Of a DNA stretch of 53,703 bases, positions 27,775 through 39,199 are shown one piece after another. Positions within the stretch are counted from its first letter, which is position 1; each line of letters opens with the position of its first letter. A model generated the notes under the pieces. The model saw nothing but the letters and a program-made list of their open reading frames with translations. It made no database searches and had not been told where the DNA came from. Source of the DNA: Candidatus Poribacteria bacterium (GTDB taxonomy: Bacteria > Poribacteria > DTPJ01 > WJIO01). The stretch covers positions 1 through 53,703 of the forward strand of contig WJIO01000153.1 of the NCBI GenBank assembly GCA_014730235.1, written 5' to 3'. Made by a program: the position numbers and the translations under genes.

Positions 27775-28416
27775 ATGAAATATTTGACAATAGTAACTCT
27801 GGGTAACTCTATAACAAATGGTATTCGCGAAGGTGTCGATGAAGCGGACACATACAGACATATACTTCAACAGGAATTATCAAAAGCAATAAAACACGAA
27901 GTAAAAGTAATTAATGCCGGTGTAAATGGAGATATTACTACCACAGCTATTGGCCGTCTTAAGAAGGATGTATTAAAATATAATCCTGATTATGTAACAA
28001 TAATGTTTGGTGTAAATGATGCGGGATATTACCGTCCTGCAACTGATTCTATGGCTGATACTCCCAGAGTTTCATCAATTAATTTTAAACGTAATCTGGA
28101 AGTTATAATTCAATCCATAAAGAATATTAACTCAAAACCTGTCCTTATTACTCCTGTACCCATGAACTCCAATTATGCTCATAAGGATTTTCCTGCATAT
28201 ATTAAAAACGGGCTTAATTATTTGGTTGATGAATATAGCCATATAATCAGACATATAGCCCTAGATGCAAATATACCTCTTATTGATGTCCATAAAGCAT
28301 TTAGTAAAAATACCCGGTCAAAGGAAATGGTGCCTGACGGAATACATCCTAATAAGGATGGACATAAGCTTATTTCAAGAATATTTCTGGAAAATTTCCT
28401 CAAGTTAATTGAGTAA
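27775..28416 (+). CDS. SGNH/GDSL hydrolase
   Basis: LGNSIT, NAGVNG, FGVND, DGIHP blocks. Confidence 0.9.
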   Translation: MKYLTIVTLGNSITNGIREGVDEADTYRHILQQELSKAIKHEVKVINAGVNGDITTTAIGRLKKDVLKYNPDYVTIMFGVNDAGYYRPATDSMADTPRVSSINFKRNLEVIIQSIKNINSKPVLITPVPMNSNYAHKDFPAYIKNGLNYLVDEYSHIIRHIALDANIPLIDVHKAFSKNTRSKEMVPDGIHPNKDGHKLISRIFLENFLKLIE

Positions 28417-28442
28417 ATGCAAATATATTCGTGAATTATTGC

Positions 28443-28471
28443 TTGCTTATATATACGTGTAATAGTAAAAT
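28443..28471 (+). promoter_or_regulatory. Putative sigma70 promoter for the kinase pair
   Basis: TTGCTT-17 bp-TAAAAT. Confidence 0.5.
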
Positions 28472-28580
28472 AGTTGGTAAGGGATAATATATATTTCCAA
28501 TCCGCTTTTGCGAGGGAGTTTATGAGAATATCAAATCTAAAGTTTTATGATAAATAAACCGATTTTTAACTAAAGAAATA

Positions 28581-28719
28581 GATTCTTCCGGGTTTGGTGT
28601 GGAAATATTGAAAAATTTTCTAATCATGTCATTCCTGCGAAAGCAGGAATGACAAACAGAGGATATTTTCCCTTATTTAGAATATGTTTAATCATTTCCA
28701 CATTCAAGTCGGATGAGCC
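28581..28719. mobile_element. ISL3-like MITE with a single REP hairpin
   Basis: Ends GATTCTTCCGGGTTTGGTGTGG ... CCACATTCAAGTCGGATGAGCC; 8-bp duplication AAGAAATA; TGTCATTCCTGC-GAAA-GCAGGAATGACA at 28627-28654. Confidence 0.85.
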
Positions 28720-28765
28720 AAGAAATATATCTATTGGAATGCCTGGATGAGAAAATTATATAAAT

Positions 28766-31700
28766 ATGCTCAAAACCATTAAGTCTGTTAGAAATCCTGT
28801 CAGAAGAATACCTAAATACAATGGTGTTTGGAGAAAATATGACGCTACCAACGGTCTATCATGGTGGTTTAACTGTATCATACAGGACAGTGGTGGATAT
28901 ATATGGTTGGGTACGGACAACGGTATATATCGCTATGATGGAAAAGAATTTGTATTATACAAAACCAGCGATGGTCTTGTTAATAACTCTGTATATGCTC
29001 TGTGTGAAGATAGCAAAGGAAGCCTTTGGATAGGTACAAGACAGGGTCTGTCATGCTTTGATGGTAGGAATTTTGTAAATTACACACCAGAAAACGGTCT
29101 GACATTTGATTTTGTTAATTCTATCTGTGAGGATCATGAGGGAAAACTATGGCTTGGTATAAGGAGTAAAAGAAACCCCGGTATTTCATGCTACGATGGG
29201 GAAAAATTTTACAGTTACACCATTTCAGACGGTATTGGTTCACATGCAATACATAAAATATACCGGGATAAAAAAAATAACCTGTGGTTTGGTACAGAAG
29301 ACAAGGGAATATATCGTTTTGACGGATATAGATTTGCAAATTACAGTCTTGATGAAGGTCTGGCGTCTAACTCTACATCAGGATTTTGTGAAGACAATGA
29401 AGGTAAATTATGGATAGGAACCAAAAATGGTTTATCATGTTTACATAACGGAAGTATAAACAATTACAGTGCCAAAGATGGCCTGGTAAGCAATAATATA
29501 ACAGGTTTGTGTCAGGATAATAACGGTTATATTTGGATCGGAGCATGGGGCGGAGTTTCACTTTATGATGGTAATGAATTCACAAACTTCACAAATCAGG
29601 ATGGTCTACTGGATAATCGCGTTAATGATGTAATGCTTGATAGAGAAGGACTGCTATGGTTTTCACATCCGTTCAGTGGTCTTACCTGCTTTGATCCTGA
29701 ATCTATACAAAGATTAACAGATGAATCAGTTACAGAAGCCTTCAGCAGTGGAAATCAGGAGCGTATATGGTTTAGCAATGAGGACAAAGTCTGCTGCATA
29801 AGTAAGATGGAGCAAAGATGTCAATCTCGTGATAGCGAAATTCATGATATACTTGAAGATTCCTCCGGCGCAGTATGGATAGCATCAATTGATAAAGGTT
29901 TATACAGATATAACAACGTAAAAGACTTATGGAATAAAAAAGGGAAAAGGTTTGGAATTAATGACGGCTTATCAGAGGAGAAAGTATTATCTCTTATGGA
30001 AGACAGCCAGGGAAATATATGGGCAGGAACAGCTTTTCCCGGATATATATGTCGTTTTGACGGATCAAAATTTGTCTGCATAGAAACACCTCAAAAGGTA
30101 GCACTGTGCATGTATGAGGATTCAAATAACAGAATATGGATAGCTGGTGGTGTAAAAGGCAACGGAGTTTCATGTTATGATGAAAAGAAAATTAAGACTT
30201 ACACAAAAGAAGATGGTCTTCCCAGCAATTCAACCTATTCTGTTATAGAAGATAAACAAGGGGTAATATGGATTGGTACAGATAATGGTTTTTGCAGCTT
30301 TGATGGTGAGAATTTCAGGATAATGGATGAAAAAGATGGAGTCCAGGGAGCAGGTCATCAGTGTGCTAACATAGACTCAAAAGGACAGGTATGGTTTGGC
30401 ACTATATTAGGCGGCATATACAGAACAGATGGTAAACATATCCAGATCCTTACCAGCGATGATGGGCTTCCCAGCAACAGTGTAAATGGTTTATTACCTC
30501 AAGCAGATGGATCAATGATAATAGCTACATATAACGGTATTGCCCATTATAAACCATTAACCCATGTATCACCGGTTGTCCAGATATATGAGCTAGTAGC
30601 CCATCAGGTTTATCAATTTCCTGAGCAAATCGAACTAAATACTCAGGATGCCAACGTCATAACAATTTTTTATAGGGGTATAAGTTTTTCCACATGTCGT
30701 ATGAGATACAGTTATATATTGGAAGGTTATGACGAAGATTGGCATGATACATGGGATGAGCAGGTTCGCTATAAAGATATACCACCGGGAGAATATACTT
30801 TTAAGGTAATAGCTATCAATCGAGACCTGGTATGCTCTGAAGAACCGGCAGTTGTCCGGATTAAGGTTATATCCGATCCATACAGCAAGTTAAAGGCGGA
30901 ATATGAAGCTGAGATAAAGAGGATGCAAACTCTACTGAGTATTAACCATGATGTTAATAATAGTGATAATATATCGAGTATGGCCCTGGCTATTGTTAAA
31001 GGGCTTAAGAAACTGGGATTCGACAGATCGGCGGTTTCTGTATTGGACAGTGAAAAAAGAAGTCTGCATAGTTACTGGAGAACGGATGAAAAAGGTAAAA
31101 TCTACGACAGCAGCAATGAGTATTATAAAATAGAAAACATACCACCAACAGGCGGCTATTACATAGAAATGGATAGAGAAATTATAGAACAAAAGCTGGG
31201 AATTAAAGAATCAAGCGTATACCTGGAAGCTGGTAAAGATGATAAACATTTTGAAAAAATCTGGGGTTATCCCCCTCCGTGTCCCGGTTATTACAAACGA
31301 AGTAATATGGGTGACAATATATCTATATGTGTTACAACAGGAGCAAATAATGGGAAAGATACATGGGGTATTAATAACCTGGAAAATATGATGGAAAAGA
31401 TTTTATCTCTTGGTATTGGCATTGTAAACGTGGATAACTATATCACCCGACGTATGATAGATGAAACATCCGCAAATATACTGGGTGTTGTGGGAACACA
31501 GATGGCAAAAGCTTTAGCCAACGCCTCACTTCAGGAAAACCTAATGAAGAGCGAAGCCAGATACAAAGAAGCTATGGAAGCCCTTAAAAAATCAAAAGAG
31601 AGATACAGAAATCTTATTGAAATGGCTCCTGATGGTATAATGACAGTGGACTTAAGAGGTTTTACCACATCATGTAATCAGGCAACACTGGATTTGACAG

Positions 31701-33151
31701 GCTTTACCAGAGAGGAATATGTAGGTAAACATTTCTCACAAATAGGTATAATTCGTCCAAAAGAAATACCCAAGTATATCAAACTATATGAATCAATTAT
31801 TAAGGAAGAAAAAATAGAACCCATACAGTTTCAATACCGACATAAAGATGGAAGTCTGAGATGGGCTGAGGCAAGATATGCCATAATGAAAGAGAACGGC
31901 AAAAAGACAGGGATACAGGTTATAGCTCGTGATATACATGGACAGATAATGGCCAGGGAAAAGGAGAGGGAATATATAAGGAACCTGACTTTTTTGTCTA
32001 AAACAGCTATGGATTTCGTGGAACATTCATCGGATTCTAATATATATGATCTTATAGCAGCAAGATTAAAAGAACTTGTGAATGATTACATCGTGGCTGT
32101 TTCGTCATACGAAAAATCAACAGATAGCTTGCAGATACAAAAGATAATGGGATTAGGCAGATATACCAGAGACATAATGCGAATATTAGGTAAAGATCCG
32201 GAAAATATGGTATTTCCAGCCCTTGATACAATAAAAGACAGCGGAAAAACCGGAAGATTAATTAATATCGGTAATGACTTCCACAAACTCAGCCAGGGAT
32301 TAATATCTGAATTTGCTTCCAGGACCCTAAAATCTTTAATGTCTCTGGGTGATCTATATACAATAGGTTTTACCTGGGAAGATGAGCTTTATGGAGCAGC
32401 TTATATACTTTTGAATAAAGGTAAATCTTTGGAAAACCAATCCACAATAGAAACTTTTATAAATCAAGCTTCAGTGGCTTTGCAAAGAAGGCAGGCTGAA
32501 GACAAAATAAAGTCTTCTCTGAAAGAAAAAGAAATCCTACTGAAAGAAATATACCACCGTGTGAAAAATAACCTGCAAATAATATCAAGTCTTCTAAGCC
32601 TTCAATCAGATTACATAGACGACAAGAAAGCTTTAAACATGTTTAATGAAAGTCATAATCGTGTAAAATCTATGGCCCTTATACACGAAAGACTTTACCA
32701 ATCGGAAAATCTATCCAGGATAAATTTTTCCGATTATATAGAGGATTTAGTGGAGCATCTGCACCACTCCTATGGAAAAAATGCATATAATCTTAATTTT
32801 GAAATAAATATCGAAAACATAAAGTTGAATTTAGATAATGCGATTTTATGTGGTCTTATAATAAACGAACTTGTATCTAACTCGTTGAAATATGCGTTTC
32901 CTGAAAAAGCTTCAAATACAACTAATCCCGAGATTAGTATTCATTTCTACTCAAATAAAAATAAAGACTATAAACTCATAATTGGTGACAACGGCATTGG
33001 ATTACCAGAATACATTGATTTCAGAAACACTGAAACTCTTGGATTGCAGTTGGTGAATACCCTTACAGAGCAATTAAATGGAACAATACAACTTTTAGAT
33101 GAAGAAGGAACGCATTTTATAATTAGATTTTCAGAGCATCGGGAGAATTAA
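28766..33151 (+). CDS. Regulator-propeller / Y_Y_Y / GAF-like / PAS / HisKA_2 histidine kinase
   Basis: Many DGL..N.V..I.ED..G.LW.GT blades; [13 protein letters not shown] domain; PAS; [12 protein letters not shown]-box; DNGIG. Confidence 0.9.
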   Translation: MLKTIKSVRNPVRRIPKYNGVWRKYDATNGLSWWFNCIIQDSGGYIWLGTDNGIYRYDGKEFVLYKTSDGLVNNSVYALCEDSKGSLWIGTRQGLSCFDGRNFVNYTPENGLTFDFVNSICEDHEGKLWLGIRSKRNPGISCYDGEKFYSYTISDGIGSHAIHKIYRDKKNNLWFGTEDKGIYRFDGYRFANYSLDEGLASNSTSGFCEDNEGKLWIGTKNGLSCLHNGSINNYSAKDGLVSNNITGLCQDNNGYIWIGAWGGVSLYDGNEFTNFTNQDGLLDNRVNDVMLDREGLLWFSHPFSGLTCFDPESIQRLTDESVTEAFSSGNQERIWFSNEDKVCCISKMEQRCQSRDSEIHDILEDSSGAVWIASIDKGLYRYNNVKDLWNKKGKRFGINDGLSEEKVLSLMEDSQGNIWAGTAFPGYICRFDGSKFVCIETPQKVALCMYEDSNNRIWIAGGVKGNGVSCYDEKKIKTYTKEDGLPSNSTYSVIEDKQGVIWIGTDNGFCSFDGENFRIMDEKDGVQGAGHQCANIDSKGQVWFGTILGGIYRTDGKHIQILTSDDGLPSNSVNGLLPQADGSMIIATYNGIAHYKPLTHVSPVVQIYELVAHQVYQFPEQIELNTQDANVITIFYRGISFSTCRMRYSYILEGYDEDWHDTWDEQVRYKDIPPGEYTFKVIAINRDLVCSEEPAVVRIKVISDPYSKLKAEYEAEIKRMQTLLSINHDVNNSDNISSMALAIVKGLKKLGFDRSAVSVLDSEKRSLHSYWRTDEKGKIYDSSNEYYKIENIPPTGGYYIEMDREIIEQKLGIKESSVYLEAGKDDKHFEKIWGYPPPCPGYYKRSNMGDNISICVTTGANNGKDTWGINNLENMMEKILSLGIGIVNVDNYITRRMIDETSANILGVVGTQMAKALANASLQENLMKSEARYKEAMEALKKSKERYRNLIEMAPDGIMTVDLRGFTTSCNQATLDLTGFTREEYVGKHFSQIGIIRPKEIPKYIKLYESIIKEEKIEPIQFQYRHKDGSLRWAEARYAIMKENGKKTGIQVIARDIHGQIMAREKEREYIRNLTFLSKTAMDFVEHSSDSNIYDLIAARLKELVNDYIVAVSSYEKSTDSLQIQKIMGLGRYTRDIMRILGKDPENMVFPALDTIKDSGKTGRLINIGNDFHKLSQGLISEFASRTLKSLMSLGDLYTIGFTWEDELYGAAYILLNKGKSLENQSTIETFINQASVALQRRQAEDKIKSSLKEKEILLKEIYHRVKNNLQIISSLLSLQSDYIDDKKALNMFNESHNRVKSMALIHERLYQSENLSRINFSDYIEDLVEHLHHSYGKNAYNLNFEINIENIKLNLDNAILCGLIINELVSNSLKYAFPEKASNTTNPEISIHFYSNKNKDYKLIIGDNGIGLPEYIDFRNTETLGLQLVNTLTEQLNGTIQLLDEEGTHFIIRFSEHREN

Positions 33152-33152
33152 A

Positions 33153-35432
33153 ATGAGTGATAAAGCAGAAAATATTAAAATACTGGTAGTGGAAGACGAA
33201 GGTATTGTGGCTCAACATATAAAAAAAATACTGGAAAGAATAGGTTATACTGTATCAAAATTAGTTTCCTCTGGTGAAAAAGCTATTGATTTTATTAAGC
33301 AGGAACGCCCAAACCTGGTTCTTATGGATATAATGCTAAAAGGTCAGATGGATGGTATAGACACCGCTCAGCAAATCCGCAATAAATTTAATATACCCGT
33401 AGTATACCTAACAGCTTATGCGGATAATGGTACACTACAAAGAGCCAAACAAACTGAACCTTATGGGTATCTGGTAAAACCCTTCCAGGAAAAAGACCTT
33501 CGTACAACAATTGAAATGGCTATATATAAGCACAAGATGGAAAGTAAACTGGCGGAAAGTGAAGAGCGATTTTACCAGCTTGTAAACCTTTTACCTGAGA
33601 TAGTTTTTGAAACTGATATCAACAATAATATTATCTTTGCAAACCAGACTGCATTCCGGGAATATGGATATACACCGGAGAAGTTAAAATCCGGTTTAAA
33701 TGCGTATGATACAATTATCCCTGAAGAACGGGAAAAAGCAAAAAGAAACTTCAGCAGAATTATAGAAGGTGAAAAAATTGGTGGTACTGAATATACAGCT
33801 TTGCGAAGCGATGGAAGCACATTTCCTGTTATTATCCACTCTACACCTATAATAAAAAACGACAAAATTTGTGGTCTGCGCGGCATAGTTTTTAATTTGA
33901 CAAAAGTAAAAGAAGCCGAACAGGAAATAATTAGACAAAGGGATAAGGCCCAACGCTATCTGGACGTAATTGAAGTAATGATGATAACGTTAAATGTTGA
34001 TCAGGAGATTACGCTGATAAACCGCAAAGCATGTGAAATTCTTGGTTATGAAGAAAATGAAATACTGGGTAAGAAATGGTTTGATAATTTTATACCCGAG
34101 TCTGAAAGAGAAATAGAAAAAAGTAATTTCAAGAGATTAATTGCTGGAGATATCGAGCAGATTAAATATTATGAAAATTCAGTTTTAACAAAATATGGCG
34201 AAAGAATTATTGCATGGCATAACTCTCTACTTACTAACGAAAATGGAAAAATTATTGGAACCCTTAGTTCTGGGGAAGATGTTACAGAAAAGCGTAAAAT
34301 GGAACAGGATATACTTCGGATGCAAAAGCTGGAATCAATAGGCATGCTGGCAGGGGGTATTGCTCATGACTTTAATAATATATTAACGGCTGTTTTAGGC
34401 AACATATCCCTGGCACGTATATACGAAGATGCTGAAAGTGTAGACAAAAGGCTGGAAGCCGCTGAAAGAGCTCTGGATCAGGCCAGAAGTTTGACTCAAC
34501 AATTACTTACGTTTTCCAGGGGAGGGATGCCTTTAAAGGAAGCTATATCTGTTGAAGAATTACTGAAAGAATCAGCAATTCTTGCCCTTAGAGGTTCCCG
34601 GGCAGTATGCGAATTTGATATAGCACCGGATTTATGGCCTATAGAAGCCGATGAGAATCAGCTTTCACAGGTTATAAGTAATATTGTTATGAACGCAGAT
34701 CAGTCCATGCCCGAAGGTGGAATTGTAACAATATCAGCAATAAACACCCGGGTAAAACAAAATCAATTTGTAAATATTGATGAAGGTGATTACATCAAAA
34801 TATCTATACAGGACACTGGTATTGGCATACCCAAAAAACATCTGGATAGAATTTTTGAACCGTATTTCAGCACAAAACAAAAGGGAAGCGGATTGGGACT
34901 TGCTGTGTCTTATTCCATAATAGAGAAACACGAAGGTTATATTGATGTAGAGACTGAGCAAGGCGTTGGTTCAACTTTCCATATATATCTTCCACGCTTA
35001 ATAGAAGATGAAACAGAAGATAAGCAAGTTGATGAGAAAGCATTATTTGAAAGCCGGGAAGTAGAAGGCAAAATACTGGTAATGGATGATGAAGAACCAA
35101 TAAGAGAGCTTTCAGAGGCTATTTTATCGAATCTTGGATACCAGGTGGTAACTGTAGAAAATGGGGAATCAGCTATTGAAATATACAAAAGAGCGATGAA
35201 TTCCGGTGAAACATTCGACGCTGTAATACTTGATCTGACAATCCCCGGTGGGATGAGTGGAAAAGATACGATAGAGGTATTATTGGAGATTGACCCGGAT
35301 ATAAAGGCAATAGTATCAAGTGGATATTACGACGATCCGGTTATGTCTGATTACAAAAATTACGGTTTTAAGGGTGTTATCAAAAAGCCCTATGTACCAA
35401 AGGATATGATTGAAGTTTTACAAAAATTATAA
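33153..35432 (+). CDS. Hybrid histidine kinase REC-PAS-PAS-HisKA-HATPase-REC
   Basis: N-terminal REC (MDI.L, LTAYAD, KPF), AHDFNN H-box, GSGLGL, C-terminal REC (LDLTIPGG). Confidence 0.93.
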   Translation: MSDKAENIKILVVEDEGIVAQHIKKILERIGYTVSKLVSSGEKAIDFIKQERPNLVLMDIMLKGQMDGIDTAQQIRNKFNIPVVYLTAYADNGTLQRAKQTEPYGYLVKPFQEKDLRTTIEMAIYKHKMESKLAESEERFYQLVNLLPEIVFETDINNNIIFANQTAFREYGYTPEKLKSGLNAYDTIIPEEREKAKRNFSRIIEGEKIGGTEYTALRSDGSTFPVIIHSTPIIKNDKICGLRGIVFNLTKVKEAEQEIIRQRDKAQRYLDVIEVMMITLNVDQEITLINRKACEILGYEENEILGKKWFDNFIPESEREIEKSNFKRLIAGDIEQIKYYENSVLTKYGERIIAWHNSLLTNENGKIIGTLSSGEDVTEKRKMEQDILRMQKLESIGMLAGGIAHDFNNILTAVLGNISLARIYEDAESVDKRLEAAERALDQARSLTQQLLTFSRGGMPLKEAISVEELLKESAILALRGSRAVCEFDIAPDLWPIEADENQLSQVISNIVMNADQSMPEGGIVTISAINTRVKQNQFVNIDEGDYIKISIQDTGIGIPKKHLDRIFEPYFSTKQKGSGLGLAVSYSIIEKHEGYIDVETEQGVGSTFHIYLPRLIEDETEDKQVDEKALFESREVEGKILVMDDEEPIRELSEAILSNLGYQVVTVENGESAIEIYKRAMNSGETFDAVILDLTIPGGMSGKDTIEVLLEIDPDIKAIVSSGYYDDPVMSDYKNYGFKGVIKKPYVPKDMIEVLQKL

Positions 35433-35464
35433 TATATAAATAATACTGATATTTCTAAAATTAA

Positions 35465-35629
35465 CTAAAACCAGATGTTGCAGTGCTTAAATAGACACTA
35501 GCAAATGAAAATGCTACCAGGCTGTCATTCCTGCGAAACTCTTATTCTTTTTTGCTCAAGCTTTTTCAAAAAGCTTGAAGCAGGTTCATCTGTTTCTTTA
35601 TGCTGAATTCTTATAAACATTGGTTTTAG
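35465..35629. repeat. REP hairpin with the 41-nt loop insert, inside a different pair of inverted ends
   Basis: CTAAAACCAGATGTT ... AACATTGGTTTTAG enclosing TGTCATTCCTGCG[41 nt]GAAGCAGG. Confidence 0.65.
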
Positions 35630-35657
35630 AGATTTTTTAGAATTCTCAGTAATATAA

Positions 35658-36989
35658 TTAATCCCTTTTATAAATCCAGTAAGAATTTCCCGGTTTCATA
35701 AAATACAGAATATCATGGTTAAAAGGTGGATATATTTTCCATTTCCCGGTTTTATTGTCAAAACCAAAAACATTAACATTACCTTCTGCTAAAACAGCTA
35801 AAACCTGTTCTACCGGTTGTATTAACGAAGAATTGTAACTTACTAAATTCCAGCCTGTATTTAAATTAGAAACCTCATTATAATATTGTCCTGCATCCAG
35901 AACCAGCATTCCATCCTCACGCATCTGTATACAGTAACTTTTACCCGGATCAATAGTGTTAATTCTATTGGGTATCAAGCGATCATCTGTATGGTAAGAA
36001 CTCCAAATACCTGTAAAAAAATTATATGACCAGATCGAAATGACTTTATCAATTATCGTTCCCAGAGCATCTTCAACATTACTTGGGTTGAGATATACTG
36101 GTGTAGAGAAGTAATTCCATCCCGCTTTAAGCTTTATGATCGGAAAAAAGAAGATATACGGTTCAACAGGTATATCTGCAACTTTTTGATCTTGTGCCAA
36201 AAATTTTGATTTGTTTCCATATAATACCTGAATAGTATAAGTATCATCATCCTGAGCTTCTGAACTGGGAATTACATTTATATTATAATTCCCCATAATT
36301 GCACTGGGAATAATTACTATATCATCTTCTTCTCCATCGTTATTCATATCCAGTTCTACATAGGTTGCCGCTGGTATTTCTGTAGAAGATTTATTAATCT
36401 GTTTGCCTTCCGGGTCAGTAACAACCAAATCCACAGGTGAGAGGGCTTTTATTAATAAGCCAGGAGTATTGTAAACTATCGTAACAGAACCATTGGAAGT
36501 ATGTGCGGGTACCTCTGTTAAGTTTGCTTTAAAAGATGCTTTTATAAAGTTGAATAACCCCATATCACCAAATTTGACTGTATCCCGAACTCTGAATCTC
36601 ACTTTAACCAGATGACCGGAACCTTCTAATGGAGATAAATTCAGCATATTTATAAGAAAATAATCTTCACCAAGTCCTGCAGCTATCATCCAATCAGAAG
36701 TTATTGTATCATCCCGAACAATAGCAGTATCAGTTTCTGGTGATTTCTCAGGATACACAAGTTCGGGGTCGAAGCCAACTTCCAACTCAATCAGATTAAT
36801 ACCCTGACCCGTTGCATCACTTATGCTAATAGGAAGTATAAATACTTCACCTGGCAAAGATTTAATATCTGGCATAGATACATCAATATCGGCTTTGGAA
36901 ATATCAGGAATCAGGAATATAAGAATTATTGATATAGAAAGATAAATGTAGATAAATGATGCATTAATCCCACAGGTTGTTTTCTTCAT
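35658..36989 (-). CDS. Exported cohesin-like domain protein with C-terminal GWN repeats
   Basis: Signal peptide; V.MPD....PGE...LPI.I ... FDP ... GSG.LV.VRF ... NGSVTI cohesin-like pattern; SPVDL.VTDP.G module; two L..GWN..S repeats. Confidence 0.65.
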   Translation of the reverse strand: MKKTTCGINASFIYIYLSISIILIFLIPDISKADIDVSMPDIKSLPGEVFILPISISDATGQGINLIELEVGFDPELVYPEKSPETDTAIVRDDTITSDWMIAAGLGEDYFLINMLNLSPLEGSGHLVKVRFRVRDTVKFGDMGLFNFIKASFKANLTEVPAHTSNGSVTIVYNTPGLLIKALSPVDLVVTDPEGKQINKSSTEIPAATYVELDMNNDGEEDDIVIIPSAIMGNYNINVIPSSEAQDDDTYTIQVLYGNKSKFLAQDQKVADIPVEPYIFFFPIIKLKAGWNYFSTPVYLNPSNVEDALGTIIDKVISIWSYNFFTGIWSSYHTDDRLIPNRINTIDPGKSYCIQMREDGMLVLDAGQYYNEVSNLNTGWNLVSYNSSLIQPVEQVLAVLAEGNVNVFGFDNKTGKWKIYPPFNHDILYFMKPGNSYWIYKRD

Positions 36990-36998
36990 GATAAACCT

Positions 36999-38684
36999 TT
37001 AAGGGTCAAGTGCCTTTGTCAGAAAAACCACATCAACACGACGGTTTTGTCTACGCCCTTCTTCATTTATATTTGAAGCTATAGGACGGGTCTCACCATA
37101 GCCAACTGAGGATAAATTTTTCAAAGGTATATTCTCCTGGTCTACAAGATATCTAAGGAAATTATGGGCCCGCTCTGTGGATATTTTAAGATTTGATTCA
37201 TCAGAACCCTGGCTGTCTGTATGTCCCTCTATTATTAACTTGATTTGGGGATATTTCCTTAAAATATCGGCCAGAGATTTCATCCGGTCTTTAATATCTT
37301 CACGAATTCGACTGCTTCCCTGGGAAAATAAATTGCCGCCCATGCTTATGACAACACCTGCTTCTGTTCTGCGAATACTGGATTCAGGTATATTCTGAGC
37401 GTTCTGAATAATATCATTTTCAATTTCTGCTATCTTGCGATCCTGCTCATTTTTAGCCTCTACCATCTTAATAGCTGTTACGGCGTAGGCAGAACTTTCC
37501 CTTGAAATAGATACAGCTTTTTCAAAATCCTCTTGCTGAAGAGCTTTTCTTGCGTTATCCAGAGCTTCAAAAGCTTTGTAATAAATTTCCCCAGCCACTT
37601 CTTCAGCACCCTCTGATTGAGCCTGAGAAATATTTCTTTCTGCCTTTGCAATAGCATCAAGGGCATTGGCTCTAATATCTTCCAGAGCTTCCCGTTCACG
37701 GTTTTCCCTGTCCTTTTTCTGAGCTACAATAAGGTTACTGGATGCTGAAATTCTAGCTTCATCAGCCAGGGATTCAGCCCGGTCATATCTTTTAGCATCT
37801 AATGCAATTTTAGCTTCATTTATCAGCTTTTCAGCCTGTTGAAACATGCTGGAATTTTCATCAGCCAAAACCCCTTTTGCCTGTTCCAGGATCAGTTCTG
37901 CTTTTGTAATAGATGAAGCAGCCCTATCTCTGCCTCTCAGGGATTCCTCTGATTCAGCCTCTAATCTTGCCCGAGCCTGCACAACAGCGTTGGCGGCATT
38001 TCTGGAAGCCTCCATTGAAGCTTCCAAAGCCTTGTCAAAATTACCTTCGTCTAATTCTGATTTCGCAATATTCAGAGAGGCAACGGCAGCATCGTAAGGT
38101 TGTTGAGCATATCTGGATGCCTTAACTTCATCAGCCAATCTTATTTCCAGTTCTGCTTTGGATATTTCCAGTTCTGTTTTTGCATGCTGTATATCCTGTT
38201 CCGCTTTTTTCATAGCTTCCTGGGCTGATTTTTCGGCTAAACGGGCTTTTTCCTCAGCTATCTTTAGTTTCGTTTCGGCCAAAGCCAGTTCATCCCCACG
38301 CATGGCCCACATAATTTCAGAAATACCTCCCTGAGCTTCCATTATCCGACGTTCAGCCTTAATCTTACCAGCTATTGCTATTGAGATAAGGGCTTCCAGA
38401 TTGGCCATATAAGCCATCTCCATTGCCTTTTGATTATTACCTTTTCTAAGCACTTCCTGGGCAACTTCAACAAGGTTATTGGCTCTTTCCATCTGCTCAG
38501 GAGCGTATTCAGAAGCATTTTGTTCCTGAGCGATAGCAATGGAATTGCGCGCCTCTACTACCGAATTGCTTGCTGTACCTGCATCTACTTCCATTGCACC
38601 TCTTGTTGCGCATCCAGCTAAAACAAGAATAACAATTAGAAAGATAAAAATCCCGGATAAAGGGTATCTAAAATATGTAGCCAT
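36999..38684 (-). CDS. OmpA-family lipoprotein with about four DUF4398-like helical repeats
   Basis: Lipobox LAGC; Ala-rich repeats; C-terminal IEGHTDS ... NL.IS.ERA ... GYGE.RP ... NRRVD. Confidence 0.9.
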   Translation of the reverse strand: MATYFRYPLSGIFIFLIVILVLAGCATRGAMEVDAGTASNSVVEARNSIAIAQEQNASEYAPEQMERANNLVEVAQEVLRKGNNQKAMEMAYMANLEALISIAIAGKIKAERRIMEAQGGISEIMWAMRGDELALAETKLKIAEEKARLAEKSAQEAMKKAEQDIQHAKTELEISKAELEIRLADEVKASRYAQQPYDAAVASLNIAKSELDEGNFDKALEASMEASRNAANAVVQARARLEAESEESLRGRDRAASSITKAELILEQAKGVLADENSSMFQQAEKLINEAKIALDAKRYDRAESLADEARISASSNLIVAQKKDRENREREALEDIRANALDAIAKAERNISQAQSEGAEEVAGEIYYKAFEALDNARKALQQEDFEKAVSISRESSAYAVTAIKMVEAKNEQDRKIAEIENDIIQNAQNIPESSIRRTEAGVVISMGGNLFSQGSSRIREDIKDRMKSLADILRKYPQIKLIIEGHTDSQGSDESNLKISTERAHNFLRYLVDQENIPLKNLSSVGYGETRPIASNINEEGRRQNRRVDVVFLTKALDP

Positions 38685-38706
38685 AATGTCCCCTCTACAT
38701 ACATTA

Positions 38707-39129
38707 CTAATTTGTTTGATTTTTGTATTTTTTCAGTTCTTTTTCAGCTTCTATTAGTTCAGTATTTACTTTAGCCGCCTGAGTGGAAATATTTTGCAAT
38801 TCTTTTTCCATTTGGCTTGCTTCAGATTCAACTTTTCTCTGCTTTGCAATAGCTTCGGCAAGACGTGCTTGGGCTTCGGCCTGATGAAGAAGGAGCAATG
38901 CCTGATTGGTTTCACCCATTTGTAATTTCTTATTGGCGTTATCCCTGCTGCTTTTGGCATTCTGGAACTCCTGCTTGGCCAAAATTTCCGCATCAGCTTG
39001 TTTAGCTTTTGATATGCTGGCATCAACAGACTCTAACAGTGGTTCAATTAACTGCCCTTGACCACCGCAACCGACCAGAATCAAAAAACATAAAATCAGA
39101 ATCGTAGATGATGGAATCAGGAAAGACAT
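38707..39129 (-). CDS. DUF4398-like lipoprotein
   Basis: Start reassigned to ATG 39129 (RBS GAGGTG); lipobox LVGC; A..A.A..LA..E...A ... A.A.A.LAEA. Confidence 0.75.
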   Translation of the reverse strand: MSFLIPSSTILILCFLILVGCGGQGQLIEPLLESVDASISKAKQADAEILAKQEFQNAKSSRDNANKKLQMGETNQALLLLHQAEAQARLAEAIAKQRKVESEASQMEKELQNISTQAAKVNTELIEAEKELKKYKNQTN

Positions 39130-39149
39130 AGACACCTCTGATAAACAGA

Positions 39150-39175
39150 AAGTGGTTGGATTTAACCAACCACTT
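39150..39175 (-). terminator. Intra-cluster hairpin (weak terminator or stabiliser)
   Basis: AAGTGGTTGG / CCAACCACTT stem between the TPR and DUF4398 genes. Confidence 0.4.
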
Positions 39176-39199
39176 CTAAGATATTGTTTGGATGAAGTT

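Noticed and set aside
27775-28416. GNS instead of GDS in the SGNH hydrolase as a sign of inactivation
   Set aside because: The catalytic Ser, Gly, Asn and DxxH are all present; GNS is a known variant
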